Below are positions 7,989 to 16,523 of a DNA stretch of 32,000 nt, piece by piece. The stretch's first letter is position 1. Every line of letters starts with the position of its first letter. The stretch comes from Hyperthermus butylicus DSM 5456 (GTDB lineage Archaea; Thermoproteota; Thermoprotei_A; Sulfolobales; Pyrodictiaceae): assembly GCF_000015145.1 (NCBI RefSeq), contig NC_008818.1, positions 1,560,001-1,592,000 on the forward strand. Direction: 5' to 3'. The notes beneath the pieces were generated by a model. It had not been told where the DNA came from. It made no database searches and worked only from the letters and a program-made list of their open reading frames with translations. A program made the position numbers and the translations under genes.

Positions 7989-8771
7989 TCATCCGCCCTC
8001 GGTTTTGGCTTGTTCCCCGCTCTTATCCTCTGCTTTGCCAGCTTCGGTTTCTGTCTGCTTCTTCTCGCCTTCCCCAGCTATTCTTATGTGCTCCGAGAAT
8101 TCTAGCTCGCTTACCGCGTTTGCAAGGTACTTCCTAATCTCGCCCACTACAAGTCTCTTTGCAGCCTGCATATCGGCTATCTGGAGTATCTTCTCGTTAA
8201 ACATTATCTTTGCATACTTCTTTTTGGCGTCATAGTCCACCTTTACGTCCTCCTCGCCTATTATTGGTGGCAGCCTCCGGAGTACTAAGTGGAGCAGCTT
8301 CTCGCCCACATCCTCAATCAGCTTAATCAGCTTGACCCGTGCTAGTATGGTCTTGCCCGCGAGGGGGTGGTTGAAGTCTACGACTACTCTGCCGCCGGTA
8401 ACGCTCCTTATGACTGCTAGCATGCCGTTTATCTCGACTATCTTGCCTGGCTCGGGGACTACGCCACTGCGTATGAAAACGTTGCGAGGCATTATCTTTA
8501 TGTTTTCTGGCTTTCTCTCGCCAAACGCCTCACTGGGCGGTATCTCGACCTCCTTCTCCTCGCCGGGAGATAGCTCCTTTATCGTCTTCTCCAGGCCCGG
8601 TATGAGTCTACCCTCACCTATGATTACTAGGCGTGGACCATACCTCTCCTTTGGATCGTAGACACCTGCTTTCCTAGCCTCCTCTTCGCTCGTCGTGTCT
8701 ATTACCTCACCTGTCTCCTTTACGCGGAGCGTGTATTCTACAAGTACGAATGCGCCATCGGGTAGCGCCAC
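7989..8771 (-). CDS. FKBP-type peptidyl-prolyl cis-trans isomerase (long archaeal type with IF insert and C-terminal domain)
   Basis: VLVEYTLRVKETGEVIDTT...YGPRLVIIGEGRLIPGLEKTIKELSPGEEKEVEIPPSEAFGER and DFNHPLAGKTI are FKBP hallmarks. It has a GTG start with GGGGTG upstream and an acidic/lysine-rich tail. Confidence 0.85.
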   Translation of the reverse strand: MALPDGAFVLVEYTLRVKETGEVIDTTSEEEARKAGVYDPKERYGPRLVIIGEGRLIPGLEKTIKELSPGEEKEVEIPPSEAFGERKPENIKIMPRNVFIRSGVVPEPGKIVEINGMLAVIRSVTGGRVVVDFNHPLAGKTILARVKLIKLIEDVGEKLLHLVLRRLPPIIGEEDVKVDYDAKKKYAKIMFNEKILQIADMQAAKRLVVGEIRKYLANAVSELEFSEHIRIAGEGEKKQTETEAGKAEDKSGEQAKTEGG

Positions 8772-8777
8772 TGCCTG

Positions 8778-9290
8778 CTACACCCCGCTTCTTAGGTACC
8801 ATCCAGCGTCAACTATGTTTTGGATATATATCCTATTGTTGTACTTGACTAGCCTGCCCCAACCCAGTGGCTCCATACGCTTGTTTAGTACCAGGTAGGT
8901 GTCGTACTTGTTGCAGCTCCCTGTGTATTCTGCGATAGCCTCTATGGATGACTGAAACACGTCGCGGCCATAGAGGAAGAGTTTTTCAGCATGCTCCGTA
9001 ACAATCACGTATCCCGCCCTGTACCACCCAGCTTCCCGCCGTAGGAGCTGGGCTAGGCCGAGTAGGGGTATCAGCCTCCTCCTCCGAATCCTGGCTATAT
9101 GTACGCCTGCTGTGAATGGCTCCACAGAGACGCTGCTGTCGAGGTACCTGTAGAGTTCGCCTAGGAGAGCGTAGACATCCACAATACCGCTGCTGTGTTT
9201 GCATAGGAGGCTGTAGTGCTTTAGGACGTCTACTCCTACAATACACTCTACAAGCCCTCTAAGTAGGTCTCGTATCTCACTACTGCACAT
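8778..9290 (-). CDS. NIP7-like protein with a C-terminal PUA domain (ribosome biogenesis factor homolog)
   Basis: The C-terminal half YVIVTEHAEKLFLYGRDV...YLVLNKRMEPLGWGRLV...IQNIVDAGWYLRSG aligns by eye with archaeal Nip7 (..YVILGPKASFLFTTGKD...VVVLNDLGDIIGIG...IKNLKDVGEFLRR). I prefer ATG 9290, which sits 2 nt after the methyltransferase stop. The ORF track extends the frame to 9320. Confidence 0.6.
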   Translation of the reverse strand: MCSSEIRDLLRGLVECIVGVDVLKHYSLLCKHSSGIVDVYALLGELYRYLDSSVSVEPFTAGVHIARIRRRRLIPLLGLAQLLRREAGWYRAGYVIVTEHAEKLFLYGRDVFQSSIEAIAEYTGSCNKYDTYLVLNKRMEPLGWGRLVKYNNRIYIQNIVDAGWYLRSGV

Positions 9291-9292
9291 TC

Positions 9293-10315
9293 CTAGCTTT
9301 TTCTCTTCACCAACCTGCATATTGTAAATCCCTCAGTCCCGTGTATGTGGGGGTAGAAGCGGCGGCACCTTGATACACGTCTGTCTAATTTTAGGCCAGC
9401 GTAGCTCTGCTTACCGGGTAACCCAGCCTTTATCGGTGGTTCCTCGAGATCCAGACTGCTGTACTCCTCAAGGATCCTTGTGACGACGTATTCATTTTCC
9501 TCAACCGATATGCTACAGGTTGCATATACGAGTACGCCATTGTCGGCTAGTGCCTCTATACCTGCTTTTAGGAGTTGGAGTTGGAGTTCCACCCTAGAGG
9601 CTATATCGTTGAAGCTTCTCGGCCAACGCCCCCGTTGGAATGCTAATAGACCCTCGCCGCTACAAGGCGCGTCGAGTAGTATTGCGTCGAAGCGTCCTAG
9701 TTGTGGTAGACGGCGAGCATCCATGTTTAGCGCAACTATGTTGAAGACTGCTAGCCTACTAGCATTGTTTTTGAGTGCGAGGAGCTTTCTCCGGTTTATA
9801 TCTAGTGCTACAATGTGTGCTTGTGGGCTATGCTGGGCTATCTGCGTAGTCTTTACACCTGCCCCGGCACACATGTCAGCTATCCTACCCTTCCCTGGAG
9901 GATCCAGCGCTGGGACTACCATCATCGATGCTGGCCCTTGAACCGTGTAGAGGCCAAGCATGTATTCGTGGGTTGCACCAATGGGTATTGGTTCTTCGAG
10001 GACTACGAGACCGTAGTCTATGTATGGATGTCTTCTCAGCCTAAATCCCTTTGCTTCCAGCCTCTCGGACACCTCTTCCGGATCTGCGAGCAGAGTGTTA
10101 ACCCTTATGGTTTTCATTACCTTGTCCTCGCCTGTTGACAGGAGCCTCTCGACCTCCGAGACCGTGTCAAACAGCTCTAGATATCTGACCACCTGGTCTC
10201 TGTGGAGACGCACACTATGATACTTCTCCACTAGGCTTTGAGCTAGGTCTCCGTACTTCTCCTCCAGCCGGTGAAATGCCTCCTTGAGTTCTCTCAGAGC
10301 TGCAGCTATATTCAT
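9293..10315 (-). CDS. NOL1/NOP2/Sun-family RNA (cytosine-C5)-methyltransferase
   Basis: Contains the SAM motif IADMCAGAGVKTTQIA, the catalytic motifs ILLDAPCSGEG and VYATCSISVEENE, and an N-terminal RNA-binding-like domain. Confidence 0.85.
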   Translation of the reverse strand: MNIAAALRELKEAFHRLEEKYGDLAQSLVEKYHSVRLHRDQVVRYLELFDTVSEVERLLSTGEDKVMKTIRVNTLLADPEEVSERLEAKGFRLRRHPYIDYGLVVLEEPIPIGATHEYMLGLYTVQGPASMMVVPALDPPGKGRIADMCAGAGVKTTQIAQHSPQAHIVALDINRRKLLALKNNASRLAVFNIVALNMDARRLPQLGRFDAILLDAPCSGEGLLAFQRGRWPRSFNDIASRVELQLQLLKAGIEALADNGVLVYATCSISVEENEYVVTRILEEYSSLDLEEPPIKAGLPGKQSYAGLKLDRRVSRCRRFYPHIHGTEGFTICRLVKRKS

Positions 10316-10402
10316 GGCTTTCCTCTCCGTGCTGCCAGGCCTAGCCGCAATATGCTTAGCCTGTCTGGCAGCGTGTCCAGCGAATCCGGGTGAGCGGGTT
10401 CT

Positions 10403-10924
10403 ATGGTTTATCGCGGCCTCTTTGTTGGCAGGTTTCAGCCGCTACACTGGGGGCACATCGAGGTTATTCGCTGGGCTCTCGAGAGGGTTGACGAGCTTAT
10501 AATAGCTATTGGCTCTGCACAAGAGAGCCACACGGTTAAGAACCCATTTACTGCTGGAGAAAGGATCGAAATGGTTAGGCTTGGATTACGGGATGCCGGC
10601 ATAAGTGCCGACAAGGTCTACATAGTACCGATTCTTGATATAGAGATGAATCATGTGTGGCCACGCTATGTTGAACTCATGGTGCCTAGGTTCAGCGTTG
10701 TTGTTGCTAGGAACCCGCTTGTTGTGAGGCTCTTCGAGGAATACGGTTACAAGGTGCTCGAGCCTCCAGCGTTTAGCCGGAGCGAGTATAGTGCAACACA
10801 CATCCGCGAACTCATGCTAAGAGGGGATAATTCGTGGCGCAACCTTGTACCACCCTCGGTTGCAAGATTTATAGACGAGATTAAGGGTGTTGATAGGCTC
10901 AGGGCTATAGCATCACACGACTAG
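10403..10924 (+). CDS. nadM: Nicotinamide-nucleotide adenylyltransferase (archaeal NMNAT)
   Basis: RGLFVGRFQPLHWGHIEVIRWAL carries the nucleotidyltransferase (H/T)xGH motif, and SRSEYSATHIRE carries the ISSTxxR-like motif. GGGTGAG SD-like sequence lies upstream. Confidence 0.9.
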   Translation: MVYRGLFVGRFQPLHWGHIEVIRWALERVDELIIAIGSAQESHTVKNPFTAGERIEMVRLGLRDAGISADKVYIVPILDIEMNHVWPRYVELMVPRFSVVVARNPLVVRLFEEYGYKVLEPPAFSRSEYSATHIRELMLRGDNSWRNLVPPSVARFIDEIKGVDRLRAIASHD

Positions 10925-10943
10925 CATAGGGAGGGCTTGGACC

Positions 10944-12023
10944 TTGATAGTTATTGATGGCAGTATCGGTGAGGGTGGAGGCCAGATTCTACGGACAACA
11001 CTGGCTCTGGCAGCACTGCTCGGGAAACCGGTTAGGATAGTCAATATTCGCGCTAAGAGGCCAAGGCCTGGGCTACAGAGACAGCATCTTACCTCTGTTA
11101 AGGCTGTTGCAGAGTTAGCATCTGCCAGGGTTGAGGGCTTAGAGCTTGGATCTACTACGCTTGTATTCATCCCTCGCGGTCTCCGGAGCGGCAGGTTTTA
11201 CTTCAACATTGGCACTGCTGGCAGCATTACACTTGTCCTACAAGCTCTCCTCCCGGTTACAGCGTTTGCTCCAGGCCCGGTTGAGGTGGAAATTGTAGGT
11301 GGTACCGATGTGCCGTGGAGTCCTCCAATCGACTATGTACGGTTTGTACTCAGAAAGCTACTAGCAATGTTCGGCTTCGAGTTTGAGATCATTGTTAAGC
11401 GTAGGGGACACTATCCTAGGGGTGGTGGTAGAGTAGTTCTACGGGTGACACAGCCCCCTCACGTGTTGAAGCCTGTAAAGCTCGAGGAACGAGGCAAGGT
11501 GCTGCGTGTTGAAGGCTTATCTCATGCTGTCAGGCTTCCACGCCATGTTGCTGAGAGGCAGGCTAGGAGCGCAGAAGCTGTACTACGCTCAAAACTTCCA
11601 GGAGTACCCATATCCATTGATCTTGAATGGTATGAGCCTAGCCGCGACCCACACCTAGGGCCTGGAAGCGGTGTCGTAGTCTGGGCTGTTGCTGAGCACA
11701 GCGTACTTGGCAGTGACTCACTCGGCGCTAAGGGTAAGCCTGCAGAGGCTGTTGGTAGGGAGGCTGCCGAGAAACTACTAGAGGATCTCGCCACGGGCAC
11801 CGCTCTTGACCGCCATGCTTCCGACATGCTGATACCGTATGCAGCGCTTGCTTGTGGAGAATCAATACTTGGTGGTGCAAGGCTGACAATGCACGCCTGG
11901 ACTAACATCGAGGTTGTTAAGATGCTCGTGCCGGGAGCTGAGATGGAGTTTATTGAAGGTGGCAAGCTGAATGAGAAGTTTAAGCTGAGGGTGAAGGGTA
12001 TCTGCTACAAGCCTAGCTCCTAG
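10944..12023 (+). CDS. rtcA: RNA 3'-terminal phosphate cyclase
   Basis: IVIDGSIGEGGGQILRTTLALAALLGKPVRIVNIRAKRPRPGLQRQHL is the RtcA signature N-terminus. It has a TTG start with GGGAGGG upstream. Confidence 0.9.
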   Translation: MIVIDGSIGEGGGQILRTTLALAALLGKPVRIVNIRAKRPRPGLQRQHLTSVKAVAELASARVEGLELGSTTLVFIPRGLRSGRFYFNIGTAGSITLVLQALLPVTAFAPGPVEVEIVGGTDVPWSPPIDYVRFVLRKLLAMFGFEFEIIVKRRGHYPRGGGRVVLRVTQPPHVLKPVKLEERGKVLRVEGLSHAVRLPRHVAERQARSAEAVLRSKLPGVPISIDLEWYEPSRDPHLGPGSGVVVWAVAEHSVLGSDSLGAKGKPAEAVGREAAEKLLEDLATGTALDRHASDMLIPYAALACGESILGGARLTMHAWTNIEVVKMLVPGAEMEFIEGGKLNEKFKLRVKGICYKPSS

Positions 12024-13170
12024 GCTCTGCTCCAGGGAAGAGCCAAGGCGTTTTACGCTTCAAACACTCAATAACCACATCTAGCAGCTCGCCTACACCT
12101 TGCCCATGCAGTGCAGATATCGGTATCGGCTTGTTGACACACCGCACGGACTGGTTTACATCACGTAGTAGCGATGAGGCCATCTCTATAGCTTTCTCCA
12201 CTTCCTCTCTAGCTGACGCATCAACCTTATTTACGGCTATAATTAGACCTGCCTCCCGGGGCTTCACTATACCCTCATATATACTGCGTAGTAGCCTCTC
12301 TTGGTTTTCAAGGCTTTGCACCTTCTCGGGTGAAGGATCAAGGAGAACAAGTACTATGTCTGGAAGTGTTTTGAGCGCCGCAAGTGCCTTCCTCTCGATC
12401 TCGTTGTGTAGCTCGAGAGGCCTCTCGAGGATTCCAGGCGTATCAACAACGTAGAAAACCATGCCCTGGTGGCGAGCCTTACCAACTATAATGCTCTTCG
12501 TAGTAAAGGGGTATGATGCTATCTCGGGTTCAGCTGTTGATATCCTGCGCACCAGTGTCGACTTACCTGCACTAGGTATTCCAGCAACAACTACCACAGG
12601 CAAACCCTCGGCGACGACATGTGTTTTTAGAAGCTCTCTACGCACCCTTTCTACCAGTTCTAGGTGTTTCCGCAACCTCCTAACAACTGATAGTATTCTG
12701 CCGCTACCCTCCTTACGTAGTCTCGCCGCCTCAACTGCAGACTCTGCTGAGGCTATTAGGAGCCTGTACTCTGCCCAGAAGTTCTTGACCAGCTTTAGTG
12801 CTCTACGTATTCTGCGTAGCGCCTCGTCGTACTCTCTGCCAACAAAGCTCTCTACGAGTACCCGGTGAAACTCACTCATCTCCCTAGTCGTGGGTAGCTT
12901 TGCTGCAGCCTGGAGCCTGCTGTAAGCCACGTTGAATACTACTTCGAGCCTCTTGATCTCAAACTCTATCTTGCCAGGTAGCCCCGGCTTACTCCGGCGA
13001 ATTCGTCGATATCTCTCGCCAACTATCCTAACTATCTCATCAGCTGTGTATACGTGCACCTCACGCAGCCTTCTCACAGTCTCAACTATCTTCTGGGCCT
13101 CTAGCTGCCTAGCCAACCAGGGTAGCTCCCTAGCCTCCATACTCCCCTCTAGGGGCAGCTGCAGCCACAC
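12013..13170 (-). CDS. NOG1-like GTP-binding protein (COG1084 family)
   Basis: G1 is VVVAGIPSAGKST, G2/G3 is YPFTT...VVDTPG, and G4 is NKVD. The helical N-terminal domain is typical of the NOG1 family. An alternative ATG start lies at 13140. There is an 11-nt convergent overlap with rtcA. Confidence 0.8.
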   Translation of the reverse strand: MWLQLPLEGSMEARELPWLARQLEAQKIVETVRRLREVHVYTADEIVRIVGERYRRIRRSKPGLPGKIEFEIKRLEVVFNVAYSRLQAAAKLPTTREMSEFHRVLVESFVGREYDEALRRIRRALKLVKNFWAEYRLLIASAESAVEAARLRKEGSGRILSVVRRLRKHLELVERVRRELLKTHVVAEGLPVVVVAGIPSAGKSTLVRRISTAEPEIASYPFTTKSIIVGKARHQGMVFYVVDTPGILERPLELHNEIERKALAALKTLPDIVLVLLDPSPEKVQSLENQERLLRSIYEGIVKPREAGLIIAVNKVDASAREEVEKAIEMASSLLRDVNQSVRCVNKPIPISALHGQGVGELLDVVIECLKRKTPWLFPGAEPRS

Positions 13171-13174
13171 CCTC

Positions 13175-13771
13175 TTAACCAGTTAGGCTAGCGGCTATAC
13201 TCATTGAGGCTAATGCCTCAGATAGCGATGGCTGACCCATACACTTGCGAACCCGCCTAGCAAGGCTACGCACCCGAGCCCTACTCACCCCATACCTTTC
13301 AGCAACTATCGATAGGAGGGGGTACTCGCCACGCATAAAGCTGAGGGCAAGCTCGACAACAACTCCACGCTCGGGTTCGGGTAGGCTACGCATGACATCC
13401 TCTAGACATTTATTGCTAGCTATAACGCTAAGTGCATGCCTATCACCGGCTGCTGCCTCCCTAACACGCTCCACACTCCTGCTACCAAGCAGCTTAGCTA
13501 GCTTCTCATAGAGCTTTAGGCCTGCAAACTCATAACGTACCACGTTAGCCTCAGTAATCGTGTACCTCTTCTCAACAGGCAAGCTACCAGCATGACTTAC
13601 TATGAGGGGTGGACCTGGAGACTCGTAGGATACTATGAGATCGTCAAGAACCGCTCCACAAGCTGCACATACGAGTTGGCCTCGTGCACTCTCGACTATT
13701 AACTTACTCGAGCCACAGTACGGACATTTTTCGAGCCTAATCAGCGGATAATACAACACCAAGATTGCCAC
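13175..13771 (-). CDS. TFIIB-type zinc-ribbon protein, a short TFB paralog (zinc ribbon plus C-terminal HTH, no full cyclin core)
   Basis: The N-terminus CPYCGSSKLIVESARGQLVCAACGAVLDD is a TFB/TFIIB zinc ribbon. The C-terminus LPEPERGVVVELALSFMRGEYPLLSIVAERYGVSRARVRSLARRVRK looks like an HTH. At 198 aa it is far shorter than a ~300-aa canonical TFB. Confidence 0.6.
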   Translation of the reverse strand: MAILVLYYPLIRLEKCPYCGSSKLIVESARGQLVCAACGAVLDDLIVSYESPGPPLIVSHAGSLPVEKRYTITEANVVRYEFAGLKLYEKLAKLLGSRSVERVREAAAGDRHALSVIASNKCLEDVMRSLPEPERGVVVELALSFMRGEYPLLSIVAERYGVSRARVRSLARRVRKCMGQPSLSEALASMSIAASLTG

Positions 13772-13811
13772 ACCATGACTGCTGCTTTACACCCCTTATA
13801 CTTGTATTGGA

Positions 13812-13828
13812 GTGGATGCCGCATCCAC
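13812..13828. repeat. Perfect 7-bp inverted repeat with a 3-nt spacer (GTGGATG-ccg-CATCCAC)
   Basis: Read directly from the sequence. It lies in the 172-nt divergent spacer between the TFB-like gene and the beta paralog. It could be a protein-binding palindrome or a hairpin. Confidence 0.4.
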
Positions 13829-13897
13829 AATGGCTGTGGCCCAGCCGAAACTATTAGAGTTGGAGGATGGAAGAAGGAGGCCCTACCCGCAACACGC

Positions 13898-13919
13898 ATA
13901 GTTATAGATAATAGTTATA
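13898..13919 (+). promoter_or_regulatory. Tandem ATAGTTATA elements (putative TATA boxes) upstream of the proteasome beta paralog
   Basis: ATAGTTATA occurs at 13898-13906 and again at 13911-13919, 13 nt apart. The second copy ends 24 nt before ATG 13944, which is spacing typical of a leaderless crenarchaeal mRNA. Confidence 0.4.
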
Positions 13920-13943
13920 ACCCATACCCTAGCACAGACTGAT

Positions 13944-14570
13944 ATGGTGGCAGTGATGAGCTATGAGTATGGTACGGGTGCTACTGCAGTAGGAATACGC
14001 GGCGCCGGCTACGTCGTACTAGCTGCCGAGAAGAGAGTTAGCTATGGAGGCTTCATAATCAGCAAGACGGCACGAAAGGTCTACAAGATAACAGATTACC
14101 TAGGCCTTGCGCTCGCTGGCCTTTTCGCCGACCTACAAGCAATAAGTAAGATACTACGCGCTGAAATAGAATACTACAACATCGTGACAGGGCGTAGGAT
14201 ATCGGTAAGAGCTGTTGCAAGACTACTAGCAACAATACTCTACTCGTACAAGTACTATCCATTCCTCTCTGAGACGCTAGTTGGCGGCCTTGAAGCTGAT
14301 GGTACAGCAAAGCTCTACGTAATGGACCCCTTAGGCTCGCTTATTGAGGACGACTACGCAGCCATAGGCTCCGGAGCACCCATAGCTATAGGTATACTCG
14401 AAAACGGATATAGTAAGGACATGAGTGTTGATGATGCCAAGAAGCTTGCAATAGCAGCTGTACGAGCAGCGATAGAGAGGGACGCCATGTCTGGCGACGG
14501 GATAGACCTGCTAGTGATACGCAGGGAGGAGGACAGCATAAAGGCCGAAGAGGAGTCCATAACAATCTAG
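13944..14570 (+). CDS. psmB: Proteasome beta-type subunit, predicted catalytically inactive paralog (Thr1 replaced by Ala)
   Basis: The Ntn-hydrolase beta fold is visible in ...YGTG|ATAVGIRGAGYVVLAAEKR...ARKVYKI. Glu17 and Lys33 equivalents are retained. The nucleophile position after the Gly is Ala (codon 13980..13982, GCT). The second ATAGTTATA copy ends 24 nt before the ATG, suggesting a leaderless mRNA. Confidence 0.85.
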   Translation: MVAVMSYEYGTGATAVGIRGAGYVVLAAEKRVSYGGFIISKTARKVYKITDYLGLALAGLFADLQAISKILRAEIEYYNIVTGRRISVRAVARLLATILYSYKYYPFLSETLVGGLEADGTAKLYVMDPLGSLIEDDYAAIGSGAPIAIGILENGYSKDMSVDDAKKLAIAAVRAAIERDAMSGDGIDLLVIRREEDSIKAEEESITI

Positions 14571-14592
14571 ACAGCCTCTGGGGCGGCTGTTT

Positions 14593-15336
14593 TTGACATA
14601 CAGCTCGGTTGCAAAGCTCATAGAGCTACAGAAGAGGCTCTCCAGGAGGATAGTCTCAAGCCTAAAACCCATGGATACAGCAAGCATAAGAAGAATAGTC
14701 GGCCTAGATGCCGCGTACTCCAAGCGGTACGGTGGAGTTGCAATAGCAGCCCTTACAACCCGCGACGGCCAGCTACTCACATACTCGGTTGCACTAGGAG
14801 AGCCACCACTGCAATACATACCCGGCCTACTAGCCTTTCGAGAAGCCCCACTCTTCTACACAGCGCTACGCCTACTGGACAGTAATTATGATCTAGTAGT
14901 TGTTGACGGCCACGGCATCTCGCACCCCCGCAGAGCTGGCATAGCATCACACATAGGTATAGCTATAGCAAAGCCCTCCATAGGTGTTGCAAAAAAGAAG
15001 CTTTACGGCCACGAGCAGATAGTAAGCGAGGACTGTAAACCACCCTGCATAGCCGGGTACGTGGTAGATGAAGATACCGGAGAGAAGCTTGCAGCAATAG
15101 TTAGGACTGGAAGGAGCAAAAAGAGCCGCCTATACGTAAGCCCAGGAGCCTACACAGACCTAGACTCTGCTACTACTATAGTACTTGAACTCCTAGAGGC
15201 TAGGAAGACACCACTACCCGCACCCACATATCATGCTGACCGCATATCAAAGACTATAGCACGACAGCTGGACAGCGGCGAGCTAAGCCCGAGAAGCCTT
15301 AAGAAAAGACACCGCACATTACTAGACTACATCTAA
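14593..15336 (+). CDS. nfi: Endonuclease V (deoxyinosine 3' endonuclease)
   Basis: VGLDAAY (catalytic Asp), YIPGLLAFREAP and VVVDGHGISHPRRAGIASHIGI...PSIGVAKK are EndoV hallmark motifs. It has a TTG start. Confidence 0.85.
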   Translation: MTYSSVAKLIELQKRLSRRIVSSLKPMDTASIRRIVGLDAAYSKRYGGVAIAALTTRDGQLLTYSVALGEPPLQYIPGLLAFREAPLFYTALRLLDSNYDLVVVDGHGISHPRRAGIASHIGIAIAKPSIGVAKKKLYGHEQIVSEDCKPPCIAGYVVDEDTGEKLAAIVRTGRSKKSRLYVSPGAYTDLDSATTIVLELLEARKTPLPAPTYHADRISKTIARQLDSGELSPRSLKKRHRTLLDYI

Positions 15337-15371
15337 GCATAAGCTATGTGCAAAAGCAATCAGTGTACTCC

Positions 15372-16421
15372 TCAGCCTATCACACCTGTGACTCGTGCAA
15401 GCCTCTCAGCTGCTTCCCACGTGAGGCCAGATTCTCCGAGAATAGTGTATCGTTCAGGCCTAATCCTATGCGCCATGGTCAACGCCTTTACTATGACCTC
15501 GTCACTTAGCCCCAGCTCCTTCGCTGTAACCGGCAGTCCAAGCCTCCTAATGGTCCTCCTAACATGCCTCCAATCACCACCATGCAGGTACATCATCATA
15601 ATAGTGCCGAGCGCAACCTCCTCACCATGCAGTGCTTTACCGGGGGCAATCAAGTCAAGTGCATGTGCAAAGAGGTGCTCAGAACCGCTAGCAGGCCTCG
15701 TAGATCCTGCGATACACATTGCAACACCACTACTCACAAGGCCCTCAACAAGCACTCTAACAGCCTCCTTAACACCACGTCCAATCTGGCTAGCATACTC
15801 TATCACATGCTTGGCCGATAGGAGGGCAAGCTTAGCAGCATACTCACCATAATACTCCCCCTTGAGCTTATGTGCCAGCCTCCAATCCCTTATAGCTGTG
15901 AGCTTAGCTATGAGGTCGCCTGCACCAGCTCTAATAAGCCGAATCGGAGCCGAAGCAATAATGTCTATATCAGCAATAATAGCTGCAGGAGTTACAGTTC
16001 TCACCGAGTGAGGCTTATCGAGGCCCTTAAGAGAGGTGAATGGTGAGGCAATACCGTCATGTGATGGACTAGTTGGGACACTAATCATTCTAACGCCGAG
16101 CCTATAAGCAACATACTTAGCAAGATCTATCGATTTACCGCCACCAAATCCAACTACAAGCGAAGGTGAATAAGCCTTCACATCCTCCAGCAGCTTCTCT
16201 GCATATTCTACCGAGGCATTACGCGCCTCAAAGAAGCTATATTCGACAAATCCTTCAACAATGCTCCTAAAACGTTCACCGTACAACCTCCATACATTAG
16301 GGCCGGAAATAACAGCTATAGAGCTGTTCCTCCCTGCAAACTCTTCGAGAACCTCTCGGAGTGCATCTATAGCACCGCTACCAACAACAATCTTCTGCGG
16401 AAGCTCTATGCGGTGAAGCAT
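15372..16421 (-). CDS. egsA: Glycerol-1-phosphate dehydrogenase [NAD(P)+] (archaeal lipid backbone synthesis)
   Basis: 349 aa. It shows a group III alcohol dehydrogenase-like fold with GFGGGKSIDLAKY, VPTSPSHDGIASPF and metal-binding His residues (GSEHLFAHAL). Confidence 0.9.
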   Translation of the reverse strand: MLHRIELPQKIVVGSGAIDALREVLEEFAGRNSSIAVISGPNVWRLYGERFRSIVEGFVEYSFFEARNASVEYAEKLLEDVKAYSPSLVVGFGGGKSIDLAKYVAYRLGVRMISVPTSPSHDGIASPFTSLKGLDKPHSVRTVTPAAIIADIDIIASAPIRLIRAGAGDLIAKLTAIRDWRLAHKLKGEYYGEYAAKLALLSAKHVIEYASQIGRGVKEAVRVLVEGLVSSGVAMCIAGSTRPASGSEHLFAHALDLIAPGKALHGEEVALGTIMMMYLHGGDWRHVRRTIRRLGLPVTAKELGLSDEVIVKALTMAHRIRPERYTILGESGLTWEAAERLARVTGVIG

Positions 16422-16523
16422 AACTTACACAGCACCTAGCTCTGAAACGCTCTGTAGAAGCCAGGAAAATAAACTCTATTTAGGCTTCCCGCATTGTAAG
16501 CCCCGCATACCGGGTAGCAAGAC

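Noticed and set aside
7810-8235. A 141-aa plus-strand ORF spanning the non-coding tract and running antisense into the FKBP gene.
   Set aside because: Most of it is the antisense shadow of the FKBP gene's C-terminal region. Its composition is Ser/Pro/Leu-rich. It has no SD or TATA element at a sensible distance and no recognisable domain.
10944-12023. RtcA, the Rnl3 ligase, the PIN protein, EndoV and aCPSF1 viewed as a single 'RNA repair island'.
   Set aside because: The genes are spread over ~19 kb on both strands, interleaved with unrelated housekeeping genes (AOR, SDR, FKBP, NMNAT, G1PDH). They have no operon structure. RtcA products are substrates for RtcB, not Rnl3. The thematic enrichment is real, but there is no evidence for a functional system.
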